Origin: an uncultured Ruficoccus sp.
GTDB lineage: Bacteria; Verrucomicrobiota; Verrucomicrobiia; Opitutales; Cerasicoccaceae
Assembly (NCBI GenBank): GCA_965140785.1
Contig: OZ223481.1
Coordinates: 1-64,000, forward strand
Direction of reading: 5' to 3'
Length of the DNA: 64,000 nucleotides
The notes beneath the pieces were generated by a model. It made no database searches. It worked only from the letters and a program-made list of their open reading frames with translations, and had not been told where the DNA came from. Position 1 is the first letter of the stretch. The number at the start of each line of letters is the position of its first letter. A program made the translations under genes and the position numbers. Below, in pieces: positions 45,598 through 57,244 of the stretch.

Positions 45598-47457
45598 ATG
45601 GAGCGGATGGATCCCGTCCGCCCCCTGCCCCGCTGGCCCTTCGCGCTGGCGGTAGCCGTACTCGCCCTGCTGCCGTTTCTACCGGCGCTGGGCAACGGCT
45701 TCGTCTGGGACGACGAGATGAACCTGACCGCCAACGAGCACTTCCGCGGACTCGATGCCGAGCACCTGCGGTGGATGGCGACGAGTTTCCACGGCGGGCA
45801 CTACCAACCGCTGACCTGGCTCTCCTACGCGATTAACCACAGCGTGGACGGCATGAATCCGCGCGGCTATATCGCGGTCAACCTCCTCTTTCACGCTGCC
45901 AATGCCGCGCTGGTCTTTCTGCTCTTCATCCGGCTGCTGCCCACTGATTCCCACGAACGTCGGCGGCTGGGCTGGGCCACGCTCGGGGCGCTGCTTTACG
46001 CGCTGCACCCGCTGCGGGTCGAGTCCGCCGTCTGGGTCACGGAACGGCGCGACGTGCTTTCGCTTTTCTTCCTTTTGCTGAGCCTGCTGGCCTGGCTGCG
46101 GACGCAGCGCGGGCCGGGCCGATGGGGGCTCTTTTACACGCTGAGCCTGCTGGCGTTCGCCGCCTCGCTGCTTGCCAAAGCTTGGGGGATCGTTTTCCCC
46201 GCCGTGCTGCTGATCCTGTGCTGGCAGCCACTACGGCGGCGCGACTGGGGCAAGGTTCTCCCGGAGCTGCTGCCCTTCGTGGCGCTGGCGGCGGCATTCG
46301 CGCTGCTTGCCGCCCGGGCCCAATCGGAGGAAGCGATGGCCTCGCTGGCCGCTCATGGCTGGGACGCCCGGCTGATGCAGGCGGCTTGGAGCCCGGCCTT
46401 TTACCTGGGCAAGACCCTCGCCCCCTTCGACCTCTCGCCCCTGTACCTGCTGCGACACGACTTCAATCCGTGGGCTCCGGCCATGCTACTGGGCGTGGCA
46501 ATCACGCTCGGGATTAGTGCCGTGCTCTTCGTCCAGCGCAAGCGCCATCCCGCCCTGCTGGCCGGTTGGCTGATCTTTCTGGTGCTGCTGGCTCCCATCT
46601 CGGGACTGGCGCAGAGCGGCTCGCAGCTCGCGGCGGATCGCTACACCTACCTGGCCGGGATCGTTCCATCTCTGGCCCTGGCGGCGGCAGGCCTGTGGCT
46701 GAGCCGACACTGGCCCTCCCAGCAAAAGCTGCTGACCGTCCTCGCTGTCATTGCCGTGGCGCTCCTGGCACTGGCGACCATCCGCCAGAGCACGGTGTGG
46801 AGAAACGCCGACACGCTCTGGACGCAGGCCATTGCCGCCGATGAGACCAACTACGTCGCCTACTTCAACCGGGCCGAGAGCGGGCATTCCCAGCAAGCCA
46901 ACCTCGCCGACCTCGACCGCGCCCTCGCACTCAATCCCCGCTACGCCAAGGCCTATTCGCTACGGGCCCAGCTCTACCTGGACACCGGACGGCCCACCGA
47001 AGCCCGCGTCGACCTCGAACATGCCATCGAGCTCAACCCCACACTCGCTCAGCCCTACAACAACCGCGGCATTCTCCGGCTCCAGGACCGCGATTTCCCG
47101 GCGGCGATGGCGGATTTCACCACCGCACTGGAGCATAACCCCACCCTTTACGAAGCCTACATCAACCGCGGGCTGCTCTACCAACAGCAGGGAAAACCCG
47201 CCGAGGCGCTGGCTGATTACGACGCGGCTCTCGCGCTCAATGACTCGATCTGGCAGGTGTATTTCAACCGGGCTCTGCTGCTCGCCAGGATGGGCCGGAC
47301 CGAGGCGGCCATCGAGGACTTTACACGCGTGAGCGAACTCAACCCGGCCTACGCCCCCACCTATCGCCATCGCGCCACGCTCTACCGCAAGCTCGGCCAG
47401 GACACCTCCGCTCAGGCCGACTTCGACAGAGCACAGCAACTGTCAGCCAAGCCGTGA
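45598..47457 (+). CDS. TMTC-like GT-C protein O-mannosyltransferase with C-terminal TPRs
   Basis: NGFVWDD, YQPLTWLSY, HPLRVESAVWVTERRDVL, LLAK, ADRYTYL, W-x5-LW, then TPR repeats. Confidence 0.85.
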   Translation: MERMDPVRPLPRWPFALAVAVLALLPFLPALGNGFVWDDEMNLTANEHFRGLDAEHLRWMATSFHGGHYQPLTWLSYAINHSVDGMNPRGYIAVNLLFHAANAALVFLLFIRLLPTDSHERRRLGWATLGALLYALHPLRVESAVWVTERRDVLSLFFLLLSLLAWLRTQRGPGRWGLFYTLSLLAFAASLLAKAWGIVFPAVLLILCWQPLRRRDWGKVLPELLPFVALAAAFALLAARAQSEEAMASLAAHGWDARLMQAAWSPAFYLGKTLAPFDLSPLYLLRHDFNPWAPAMLLGVAITLGISAVLFVQRKRHPALLAGWLIFLVLLAPISGLAQSGSQLAADRYTYLAGIVPSLALAAAGLWLSRHWPSQQKLLTVLAVIAVALLALATIRQSTVWRNADTLWTQAIAADETNYVAYFNRAESGHSQQANLADLDRALALNPRYAKAYSLRAQLYLDTGRPTEARVDLEHAIELNPTLAQPYNNRGILRLQDRDFPAAMADFTTALEHNPTLYEAYINRGLLYQQQGKPAEALADYDAALALNDSIWQVYFNRALLLARMGRTEAAIEDFTRVSELNPAYAPTYRHRATLYRKLGQDTSAQADFDRAQQLSAKP

Positions 47458-47571
47458 TGCCCCTTTTCACCGTTTGAATAAAAAGAGTGGGATTTAACAG
47501 GAAGGCCGGGAAGATCGAAAAGAAGGCAGAGAGAAGTGCTCTCGCTCCCTCCGACGTTCGTTCCGGTTGGC

Positions 47572-49305
47572 CTAGGGCCTGTTCGCTCTTGCGGCGAACT
47601 CCCGGGCCAGGGCCAGCCGGTGGATCTTGGCGTTGTGGCGCACATCGACGGGGAAGCCCGCTTTGATAAAGACACGCCGGACGGACTGGGTCGCCGGGTG
47701 CGCGGCGGCGACTTCGAGCATCTTCTTTTCCAAAACCGCGCGGGCGCTGGGAGAAGCGGGGAACTTGCCCGGCTCGGGCTCAATAACGATGGCTGGCGTC
47801 TGCGCGCCGGGCTTGCCCAGGCCGATGAGGGCGCTGCGCGAAACGTCCGGGTGGCGGTTGAAAATCGCCTCCACGCAGTCGGTGTAGAGATCGCCCTCGG
47901 CAGTCTGCACGCGCTCGGCCTTGCGCCCGCAGAACCAGAGCCGCCCCCGCTCGTCGAAGTAACCCAGATCGCCCATGCGGTGCCAGATCTGGCCGGGGTC
48001 GGCAGGATCGCGGAGCTTGGCCGCGGCGGTGGCATCGGGCCGGGCCTCGTAGGCCTTGGTCACCGTGGGGCCGGAGACGGTGATTTCGCCGATCTCGCCA
48101 GCGGGCACGAGCAGATCGTCGGTGAGTTCCGCCAACGGCTCGTCGCTGAGACGAATGATCAGCACCCGCATTTCGGGGAAAACCGTCCCCACGCAGGTGC
48201 CACGCCCCTCGCCGGTCAGCGGCTGGGTCTCCTCCAGCACCTCCCGCCCGCTGATGCTGGCCACCGGGAGGGCCTCGGTCGCGCCGTAGGGGGTGTTGAT
48301 CTCCCCGGCGGGCAGGAGAGGCTTCATCCGGCGGATGAGGCCGGGGGGAACGGGCGCCCCGGCCATCTGGATGCGCCGAATGGACGGCAGGGTCTTGCCC
48401 TCGCGCTCACAGTAGCGGGCAATCAGGTTCCACAGGGCGGGCGAGCCGAAGCTGTTCGTAACCCCGGCCTTGTGGATGGCCTCGACGATCTTGGCCGGGT
48501 CGGCGGCGGCCGGACGGGAGGGGTCCATCTCCGGCACCACTGTGGTCATGCCGAGGGCCGGGTTGAAAAGCGCAAATACCGGCAGCAGTGTCAGGTCCAC
48601 CTCGCCGGGCTCTACTTGATAACGCCCTCTCAGTAAGCGCACCTGCGCCTCGAACATGCCGTGCTCGTAACGCACCCCCTTGGCCGGACCGGTGGAGCCA
48701 GAAGTAAAAAGGATGGCCGCCAAGTCCGAGGGGCGGGCGGCGGCCAGGCCTGCAGGGTTAGCCGCTGCGAGGTCCGAAGGGCGGGCAGGCGCTAAATCGG
48801 TCGAGCCCGCAACGGCGGCTGCTAGAGCGGAAGCGCCCTCGCCCACCCCGGCCTGAGCAAGCATCTGTTGCCAACGACGAGAGCCCACGGTGAGCTTGGT
48901 TTTAAACCGATACCCGCGCAGTAAAAAGGGCGACAGCCAGGTGGCGGCAGCGATGCCCATCAGGGCCTCGGGACGGCTCTGGCGGACACAGGCGCGGAAG
49001 TGCCCCCAGCCCATGCCCGGGTCGATCACCACGGGCACGGCCCCGACTTTGAAAAGGGCGAAGACCGTGACAATCAGGTCGAAGCCGGGCTTGACCATGA
49101 GCAGCACCCGGGTACCGCGCTCGATCCCGAACTGCGTACACAGAGCAGCGGCGGCGCAAGCGGCGGCCTCCAGTTGGCGAAACGAAATCGCCTGAAAATA
49201 CAGCTCACCCTGGCGGCGGCGGGGGAGCTTGACCGCGGGCACGTCCGGACGGGCCTGGGCAGCAAGAGTCAGGTAGCGGGCGACATTGGCGTTGCCGGCT
49301 GCCAT
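47572..49305 (-). CDS. oleC: AMP-binding enzyme, OleC-like olefin beta-lactone synthetase
   Basis: NVARYL, GAVPVVIDPGMG, AILFTSGSTGPAKGV, LFNPALGMT, FGSPALW, PYGATEALP, WHRMGD, WFCGRK, FPVDVRHNAKI. Confidence 0.8.
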   Translation of the reverse strand: MAAGNANVARYLTLAAQARPDVPAVKLPRRRQGELYFQAISFRQLEAAACAAAALCTQFGIERGTRVLLMVKPGFDLIVTVFALFKVGAVPVVIDPGMGWGHFRACVRQSRPEALMGIAAATWLSPFLLRGYRFKTKLTVGSRRWQQMLAQAGVGEGASALAAAVAGSTDLAPARPSDLAAANPAGLAAARPSDLAAILFTSGSTGPAKGVRYEHGMFEAQVRLLRGRYQVEPGEVDLTLLPVFALFNPALGMTTVVPEMDPSRPAAADPAKIVEAIHKAGVTNSFGSPALWNLIARYCEREGKTLPSIRRIQMAGAPVPPGLIRRMKPLLPAGEINTPYGATEALPVASISGREVLEETQPLTGEGRGTCVGTVFPEMRVLIIRLSDEPLAELTDDLLVPAGEIGEITVSGPTVTKAYEARPDATAAAKLRDPADPGQIWHRMGDLGYFDERGRLWFCGRKAERVQTAEGDLYTDCVEAIFNRHPDVSRSALIGLGKPGAQTPAIVIEPEPGKFPASPSARAVLEKKMLEVAAAHPATQSVRRVFIKAGFPVDVRHNAKIHRLALAREFAARANRP

Positions 49306-49335
49306 CGCGAAGGGCCCTGGCCGTTGGGGCCGGGA

Positions 49336-49614
49336 TTAATAATCAGCCACGACGACCGTGCCCCAGAGCAGGGTCAGATTGTCGCCGGAGATATTCTTGC
49401 GCGGGTAGAGCTGGCTAGTTTCGACATTGATGTTGTCGTCCAGCAGCTTCTTGTAGGAGCCGGGCTCGTAGCTGACCAAGCCGACAAAGTTAAAATCCTG
49501 ATTATTACGGACATACGCGGGGTGCACGCCTTCCGGCACGTTACTGCAGGCGGTAAAGGCCGATACAATCAGGGCTGAAAGACCAACGAGGAGGGAAGCA
49601 GAAGACTTTTTCAT
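49336..49614 (-). CDS. Small lipoprotein
   Basis: MKK + hydrophobic core + FTA|C lipobox. Confidence 0.7.
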   Translation of the reverse strand: MKKSSASLLVGLSALIVSAFTACSNVPEGVHPAYVRNNQDFNFVGLVSYEPGSYKKLLDDNINVETSQLYPRKNISGDNLTLLWGTVVVADY

Positions 49615-49696
49615 GTACTTAGTGTGAATGGGTCAGTTGACGAGAATTTAGGTAACACTTCAAGGATAAATTTTCCAGGCTTATTGCGTTAAAGGC

Positions 49697-51616
49697 TTAA
49701 TTTCCGCTTCTTGCGGCATTTTCCGGGGCGATGATACTGCGGATCACCCAGCTGATCTGTTGGATCGTGTAGGGTTTCTGAATGGTCGCATCAAAGCCGT
49801 AGTCGGCGGGATTGAGCAGGACGGGGTTGTTGGTGTAGCCGCTGGTAACGATGCACTTGAGATGGGGATAATGCGGGCGCAGCCGCTCCACCATCTCGCA
49901 CGCGCCCAATCCGCCAGGCACGGTCAGGTCGGCGATGAGGACATCGTAGGGATTTCCCCAGGATTCGGCCTCCTCATAGAGCCGGATGGCCTCTTCCCCG
50001 TCGGCGGCAAAGGCCACCTCGTAGCCCAAATGGGTGAGCATGTCCCCGGCGATCTGGCGAATCATCTTCTCGTCGTCCATGAGCAGGATGCGCCCTTTGC
50101 CGTGGTAGAGTTTCTGCTCGGGCTCCTCCACGGGAGCGGCACTGCTGGGCAGGGCCGGCAGGTAAAAAACAAAGGTCGTGCCCTTGTCCGGTTCCGAATC
50201 GACCAGGATGTGCCCGTCGTGGTTCTTGACGATGGAGTACGTGGTGGCCAGGCCGAGGCCAGAGCCGGACTTCTTCGTCGTGAAGTAAGGGTCGAAGATG
50301 CGAGGCAGGTGCTCCGGGTCGATGCCCGGCCCGGTATCGGCAATGGCGATTTTAACGTAAAAGCCCGGTTCGAGCGGAAGCGCGGGCTCGGCTCCCAGTT
50401 CTGCATTCTCGGCCCGGACCTCGATGCGCCCGCCTTTTTTCATGGCCTGGGAGGCGTTGATGAGGAGGTTGTTGATCACTTGGGTGATCTGGCTCTCATC
50501 CACTTCGACCGGCCACAGGTCCGTCGGCACATTGAGTTGGCAACGGCAGTTCGACCCGCTCAGGATGAAGCCCGAAGACTCCCGGATGAGGTCGTGCAGG
50601 GAGGTGCGGGTTTTGACCGGGATTCCGCCCTTGGAGAAGGTCAGAAGCTGCTGGGTCAGATCGCGCGCGCGCAGGGCGGCTTTTTCTGCCGACTTGAGGA
50701 TGGAGGAAAGCTGGTCCTGCGGCTCGCAGCGGTTGCGCGCCAGCGAGATATTGCCGAGGATGCCGGTCAGGATGTTGTTAAAGTCATGGGCGATGCCTCC
50801 CGAGAGCAGCGCGATCGACTCCATGCGCTGGTTTTTCTGAAGCTCGCGCTCCAGGCGGACCTGGTTGGTAATGTCGCTAAAAACCAATACGCAGCCGGTG
50901 ATGCGCCCCTGCCCGTCCTGAAGGGGTGAGAGCAGGAAGTTGATCTTGCGCTCGATCCCTTCGGACGTAACCAGCACGCGGTCGGCCATGGGCCCGACAG
51001 CCTGCCCGTTGCGGAAGATCCGCTCCAGCGGCAAGGGGTTCTCCGTTTTGTCGATCGCGTCGAGCAGGTGGAAAACCTCTTTCAGGGGCCGACCACGCAC
51101 GGCCTCCAGCCGCAGCCCGATCAGGCGCTCGCCTTCGCGGTTGAGGTAATCGACCGCTCCGTTGACATCGGTCGTGATGACCCCCTCCCCGATGGAGCTC
51201 AGAGTCACGGAAAGTTTTTCCTGGTCCAGCTCCCGCTGGGCCTGGGCGGACTTGGCCCCCGAAATATCGCGCAGGATCAGCATCCACTGCCCGGCCTCCT
51301 CCTGCGGCTCCAGCAATTGCAACTCGGCCCAGAACTCGACCCCATCCGGGCGGACGAAGGACAGCTCCCGGCTCAGGGAGCGCTTTTCCAAGACGGCGGC
51401 GGCAATCTCCGCCAGCGTAGCGGACTGCCCGCCGTCCAGCGCGAAAGAATCGTTGAGACATTGGAGGCCAAAACCGGTCAATCGCGTCCAGGCCGGGTTG
51501 ACATATTCGACAGCAACGCTCCCCCGAGTTTCCTCGGAGTTTCTAAAGATAGCGATAGCGATATCCAGGCGGTCCGCCAGACGACGGAACGTTTCATATC
51601 CAGGATCACTTGACAT
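49697..51616 (-). CDS. Cytoplasmic PAS-PAS hybrid histidine kinase
   Basis: Two PAS domains, GGIAHDFNNIL, NLLINASQA, DTGPGI, FDPYFTTK, GLGL; C-terminal receiver ILLMDDE…IADL…QKP. Confidence 0.92.
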   Translation of the reverse strand: MSSDPGYETFRRLADRLDIAIAIFRNSEETRGSVAVEYVNPAWTRLTGFGLQCLNDSFALDGGQSATLAEIAAAVLEKRSLSRELSFVRPDGVEFWAELQLLEPQEEAGQWMLILRDISGAKSAQAQRELDQEKLSVTLSSIGEGVITTDVNGAVDYLNREGERLIGLRLEAVRGRPLKEVFHLLDAIDKTENPLPLERIFRNGQAVGPMADRVLVTSEGIERKINFLLSPLQDGQGRITGCVLVFSDITNQVRLERELQKNQRMESIALLSGGIAHDFNNILTGILGNISLARNRCEPQDQLSSILKSAEKAALRARDLTQQLLTFSKGGIPVKTRTSLHDLIRESSGFILSGSNCRCQLNVPTDLWPVEVDESQITQVINNLLINASQAMKKGGRIEVRAENAELGAEPALPLEPGFYVKIAIADTGPGIDPEHLPRIFDPYFTTKKSGSGLGLATTYSIVKNHDGHILVDSEPDKGTTFVFYLPALPSSAAPVEEPEQKLYHGKGRILLMDDEKMIRQIAGDMLTHLGYEVAFAADGEEAIRLYEEAESWGNPYDVLIADLTVPGGLGACEMVERLRPHYPHLKCIVTSGYTNNPVLLNPADYGFDATIQKPYTIQQISWVIRSIIAPENAARSGN

Positions 51617-51886
51617 GAAGGCAGGTATATTGGCTACGTCCGATCAAGAGGTTACAGATTTGACCGGCAGCAGTGGGGGTGGCCACGCAGTGGCTTGGTT
51701 TGCCAAATAAATTAATAGTTGGACAGAGTGCCAGAAGAAAAACGATCTGCGAACGCAAAAATACGCCTCCAGCCGATAAGAAAACCCGGTCAGCGTCAAT
51801 ACCCACAAAGCCAGCACCCCGGGGACGCGCCCATCGGCCCTGATGAAGCTTGACCAAGACGGCCCGGCTTTCATGCTGGTCCCCTT

Positions 51887-53449
<1,563 letters not shown>

Positions 53450-53498
53450 TTTTGGGGGCTCCGCGCCCCCAAACCCCGCGGTGCGTGACCGCACGGGA

Positions 53499-53583
53499 CA
53501 TTTTAGATGCTCGCGCATCGTATCAACGAATAGGCCGACCAGCATTGCTGGTCGGCCTATTCGTTGAGCAAAGCCTCAAAGTG
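53499..53583. repeat. Hairpin element, family C (perfect 22-bp stem, 1-nt spacer); may also act as a bidirectional terminator
   Basis: 53523-53544 is the exact reverse complement of 53546-53567. Flanks are cattttagatgct and agcctcaaagtg. Confidence 0.7.
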
Positions 53584-53878
53584 ACCGCTCCGACTCGCGG
53601 ACTTTCGCCAAAAAGTTGATCAGCCAATTGGCACGCAGAAGCAGGTAATAAGCTAGTCCAGAATAAATAATCAAGTGAAGGAGACTTGGCAGGATGGTGC
53701 TGAGAGAGACTAATTCGCCAATAGATATATCTGTTAAACTCCCGATATTCCTCAGCATAAAAATGAGAAGAGGGACGGCTAGGACCTTAGACACCGCTAA
53801 ATAGGCGAAATACACGCCAGCAAAACGCACGAGCACCGTGGCGACATCCCGGCGGATGGAATTCGGTTCGATGGCCAT
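53576..53878 (-). CDS. Small hypothetical membrane protein (2 TM)
   Basis: VATVLVRFAGVYFAY…LLHLIIYSGLAYYLLLRANWLINF; lower GC. Start taken at MAIEPN. Confidence 0.6.
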   Translation of the reverse strand: MAIEPNSIRRDVATVLVRFAGVYFAYLAVSKVLAVPLLIFMLRNIGSLTDISIGELVSLSTILPSLLHLIIYSGLAYYLLLRANWLINFLAKVRESERSL

Positions 53879-54020
53879 CCCGTGATAATGTTGGTTATTC
53901 CAAACGCCCACAAGCCTTTTCAAATATCGAGGCACTCTCCATAGGGGTGGTATTATGGTCGGCTGCGAATATAGATATATCATGATTGAATTCTATCAAA
54001 TATATCGATAGGGTTTACTC

Positions 54021-55430
54021 ATGAATCGATTGCTGCTCTCTGTGTTCCTTCTCCTGCTCTCACTCGGCTTCGTCCGGGCTGATGACATCGACCTCAACAA
54101 CGGCCTCATCGGCTACTGGCCCCTCAACGGCAATGCCCTCGACTACTCGTGTAATGGAAATGATGGAACCTTGTTGCCCAATGCTCACTTTATAAACAAC
54201 CCAGATGGGGGCGGCCAAGTTCTACAAACGGTCAATGGCAACACCCAGGAAGGGTATGTGCTTGTGAATTTACCTTCGTCTCTCTATCCCGTAAATATCG
54301 CCTCGGGCTATGAAGGGTCTGGGTCTCTGTGGGTTAGGTTTGATGATGAGAATCCTATCCCCAGCCAATCCCAACCTCTCCGATTCGGCATCATCAACAA
54401 CCCGCCAGGCATCCGGTATCTCAGCAGAGATAATTACACCGGAGCCATACTCACCCAGGTGAAAAGTGAGGACGAAAATTACGCACATCCAAATGCGTTT
54501 CCGCGTTCTAGTCCCAATTCTGCTGATCAAATTGGTGTCTGGTATCATATCGCCTGGACTTTACATTCCCATGGCTACGGCGAAGAAGGTTTTCTGCGTT
54601 TCTATATCAATGGACAACTCGATTCTGAGTATACCGAGCCAGCGCTTCCCTTTAGCACAAGTGATTTTCTGATTGGAACATGGTATGAAGAAATCGCACC
54701 CAATCAAAAATTCGCCGAAGTCCGACTCTATGACCGCATTCTGACCGAGGATGAGATCGCCGCACTCGCCAATCCCAATGCCATGAACGGCGAGAATGTC
54801 GGCTTCGCATGGAATTCTTCAGGCTATTCAAGCGTGTCGGCGCCCTCCTCCGTTGATCCCGAAGACCTCGGACTAGCTTTGCTCGATGCCTATGGGGTCC
54901 CGCTGTCTTCCTACGAAGACAGCTCGCGCATCCCGGACCTGTACTACACCATTATTTCTGGTCCTGCCATCCACAACGCCAATGGTCAAATCGAGTTTCT
55001 CGGCGGCGGTGACGTCGTGCTCAAACTGGAAACCCCCGGCAACGAATATTATGCCGCCACGACAGAGGAGATCACGATTTCGGCCTCGGGCACGACTTTT
55101 AATAATACGCTCTGGAGTAACGAAACCGGTACCGGCTTTTTCATCACGGATAATGCGGAGGCGGGAGTTGCGACGTTAGGTGATGAAGCCGTGCGCGTCA
55201 GTGCCGACGGCAACGTCGGTATCGGCGTCACCCAGCCGCAAGCTGCGCTCGATGTCAGCGGTAACACTCAGGTGTCCGGCAGCCTGCAGGCCGCCAACGG
55301 CCTCGTAAAAGTCACTGAGAGCGGCGACCTCGTCATCAACGAAGGCCAGGTCAATGAAATTCGCCTTGGGGCCGACGGCTCGGCCCATTTCCCCAAATAT
55401 GGCGATATAAAAATGCTCGGCGAGGAATAA
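54021..55430 (+). CDS. Secreted LamG/ConA-like domain protein with an Ig-like domain and GNVGIG repeat
   Basis: Signal peptide; LIGYWPLNGNALD, WYHIAWT, FYINGQL, EVRLYDRILTEDEI; YTIISGPA…; GNVGIGVTQPQAALDV. Confidence 0.8.
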   Translation: MNRLLLSVFLLLLSLGFVRADDIDLNNGLIGYWPLNGNALDYSCNGNDGTLLPNAHFINNPDGGGQVLQTVNGNTQEGYVLVNLPSSLYPVNIASGYEGSGSLWVRFDDENPIPSQSQPLRFGIINNPPGIRYLSRDNYTGAILTQVKSEDENYAHPNAFPRSSPNSADQIGVWYHIAWTLHSHGYGEEGFLRFYINGQLDSEYTEPALPFSTSDFLIGTWYEEIAPNQKFAEVRLYDRILTEDEIAALANPNAMNGENVGFAWNSSGYSSVSAPSSVDPEDLGLALLDAYGVPLSSYEDSSRIPDLYYTIISGPAIHNANGQIEFLGGGDVVLKLETPGNEYYAATTEEITISASGTTFNNTLWSNETGTGFFITDNAEAGVATLGDEAVRVSADGNVGIGVTQPQAALDVSGNTQVSGSLQAANGLVKVTESGDLVINEGQVNEIRLGADGSAHFPKYGDIKMLGEE

Positions 55431-55508
55431 GTTCACCCGACGAGCGGACTCATTGCCTTCAACGATTTGCCAGGACGAACGGTGGTAGGCACGCCGTCCC
55501 GTAGGGGG

Positions 55509-57239
55509 CTAAGCCCCCTCATTGCCAGCGGGTGCAACCCGGCGCCAGTCCACCAGCTCCAGCCTCGGCGAGCGCCGGCCGTTCCAGACGTTCCAGGTGA
55601 AGCGGACGGCGAGGTCGATCGGTTGGCCGGGCGGGGGCGGGTTTGCGGCGCCGTTCCAGGCGATACCTTGCACGCGGCGGCCATTACCACCGTTGAGGTC
55701 GAAGCGCAGATGCTTTTGGGCAAAGACTTCCGGGGCGCGGGTGAGCTTGGCCTGGCGGATGCCGAGGACGGGCTCGGGGTTTTCCTGGCCGTAGGGGCGC
55801 ATGCGGTCGAGCTGGTCGAGCAGGCGCTCGTCGAGGTGGCGGGCTTCGATCCAGGCGTCGATGGTCAGGCTGGGCTCGGGGAGTGTGTCGGCGAAAACCT
55901 TGCCCACCCCTTCGGCGAAGGCGGCGCGGAACTCCTCCAGCCGGTCCTTGGCGAGGGTAACGCCGACGGCCATGCGGTGTCCGCCCCACTCCTGGAGCAG
56001 CCCGTCGCAGCCGTGCAGGACTTCCTGTAAATCCACTTCGGGGATGCTCCGGCCCGAGCCGCGCAGCAAGTCGCCGTCGGTGCTCAGAACGATGGCCGGG
56101 CGGTAAAAGCGGCGGGCCAGGCGACCGGCGACAATGCCGACCACACCGGGGTGCCAGTCGGCCCCGGCGGCCACGAGGGCGGTGGGCACATGGGCATCGT
56201 CAAAGTCCGCCACGGCGGCGGCGAAGACGCCCCGCTCGATGCCCTGACGCTCGCGGTTGAGGGCGTCGAGCTCGGCGGCAGCGCTCAGGGCGCGGCTGCG
56301 GGATTCACTTAAAAGCATTTCCACCGGCAGGGCGGCGTCGGCCAGGCGTCCTCCGGCGTTGAGACGCGGGCCGAGGCGGTAGGCGATGTCGGCGGCGCAG
56401 AGGGGGTGGTCCTTGCTCAGGCCGGAGACCTCCAGAAGCGCGGCCAGGCCGGGACGGCGACCGGAGGCGAGCTGCTTGAGCCCCTCGCGGGCGAGGATGC
56501 GGTTCTCGCCGCGCAGGGGGACGAGGTCGGCAATGGTGCCGAGCGCGACGAGGTCGAGCCAGTGCTTGAGCTTGAGGTCGTAGGCGCGCGGCTCGTCGAG
56601 CTGGCGCAGGCGCATGACCAGCGCGTGCACGAGCTTGAAAACCAGGCCCGCCGTGCACAGGTCGCGGGCGGCCTCGTCACCGGGGCCGGGATAAAGCTTG
56701 GGGTTGACCAGCACGCAGTCGGCGGGGACGGCCTCCTTGGACTCGTGGTGGTCCACGATGATAACGTCGATGCCGCGCTCGCGCAGGCGAGCCACCTCGG
56801 CCACGGAGTTGGTCCCGCAGTCCAGGGCGACGAGCAGGTCGGGCGGGCTGCCGGTCAGCACGCGGTCGAGCATGGTCTCGCTCAGGCCGTAGCCCTCCTC
56901 CAGCCGCCGGGGCACCTGATAAACCGGATCGGCCCCGAAGTAGCGCAGCAGACTCACCAGCAGCGCGGTGCTGGTCATGCCGTCCACGTCGTAGTCACCG
57001 ATGACGAGGATATCCTCACCGCTGCGGATGGCGGTCAGCAGCCGCTCAACCGCCTCCGAGATGAACGTCAGCTCGAAGGGGTTGCGCAAGTGCTTCAGGC
57101 GCGGGTCCAGAAAGGCCGACGGCGGGCCGATCTGGCCGAGCCGCACGGCCAGCAGCGTGGCCAGCACCCCGTCCACCCCGAGCTCCGAGCGCAGCTGATT
57201 AACTGCCGAGTCCGGAGGCGGGGTGTGGGTCCAACGCAT
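55509..57239 (-). CDS. recJ: ssDNA-specific exonuclease RecJ
   Basis: GDYDVDGMTS, EGYGL, DCGT, IVDHH, LGTIADLVPL, PRLNAGGR, GSGRS, GGH. Confidence 0.95.
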   Translation of the reverse strand: MRWTHTPPPDSAVNQLRSELGVDGVLATLLAVRLGQIGPPSAFLDPRLKHLRNPFELTFISEAVERLLTAIRSGEDILVIGDYDVDGMTSTALLVSLLRYFGADPVYQVPRRLEEGYGLSETMLDRVLTGSPPDLLVALDCGTNSVAEVARLRERGIDVIIVDHHESKEAVPADCVLVNPKLYPGPGDEAARDLCTAGLVFKLVHALVMRLRQLDEPRAYDLKLKHWLDLVALGTIADLVPLRGENRILAREGLKQLASGRRPGLAALLEVSGLSKDHPLCAADIAYRLGPRLNAGGRLADAALPVEMLLSESRSRALSAAAELDALNRERQGIERGVFAAAVADFDDAHVPTALVAAGADWHPGVVGIVAGRLARRFYRPAIVLSTDGDLLRGSGRSIPEVDLQEVLHGCDGLLQEWGGHRMAVGVTLAKDRLEEFRAAFAEGVGKVFADTLPEPSLTIDAWIEARHLDERLLDQLDRMRPYGQENPEPVLGIRQAKLTRAPEVFAQKHLRFDLNGGNGRRVQGIAWNGAANPPPPGQPIDLAVRFTWNVWNGRRSPRLELVDWRRVAPAGNEGA

Positions 57240-57244
57240 GGAGG

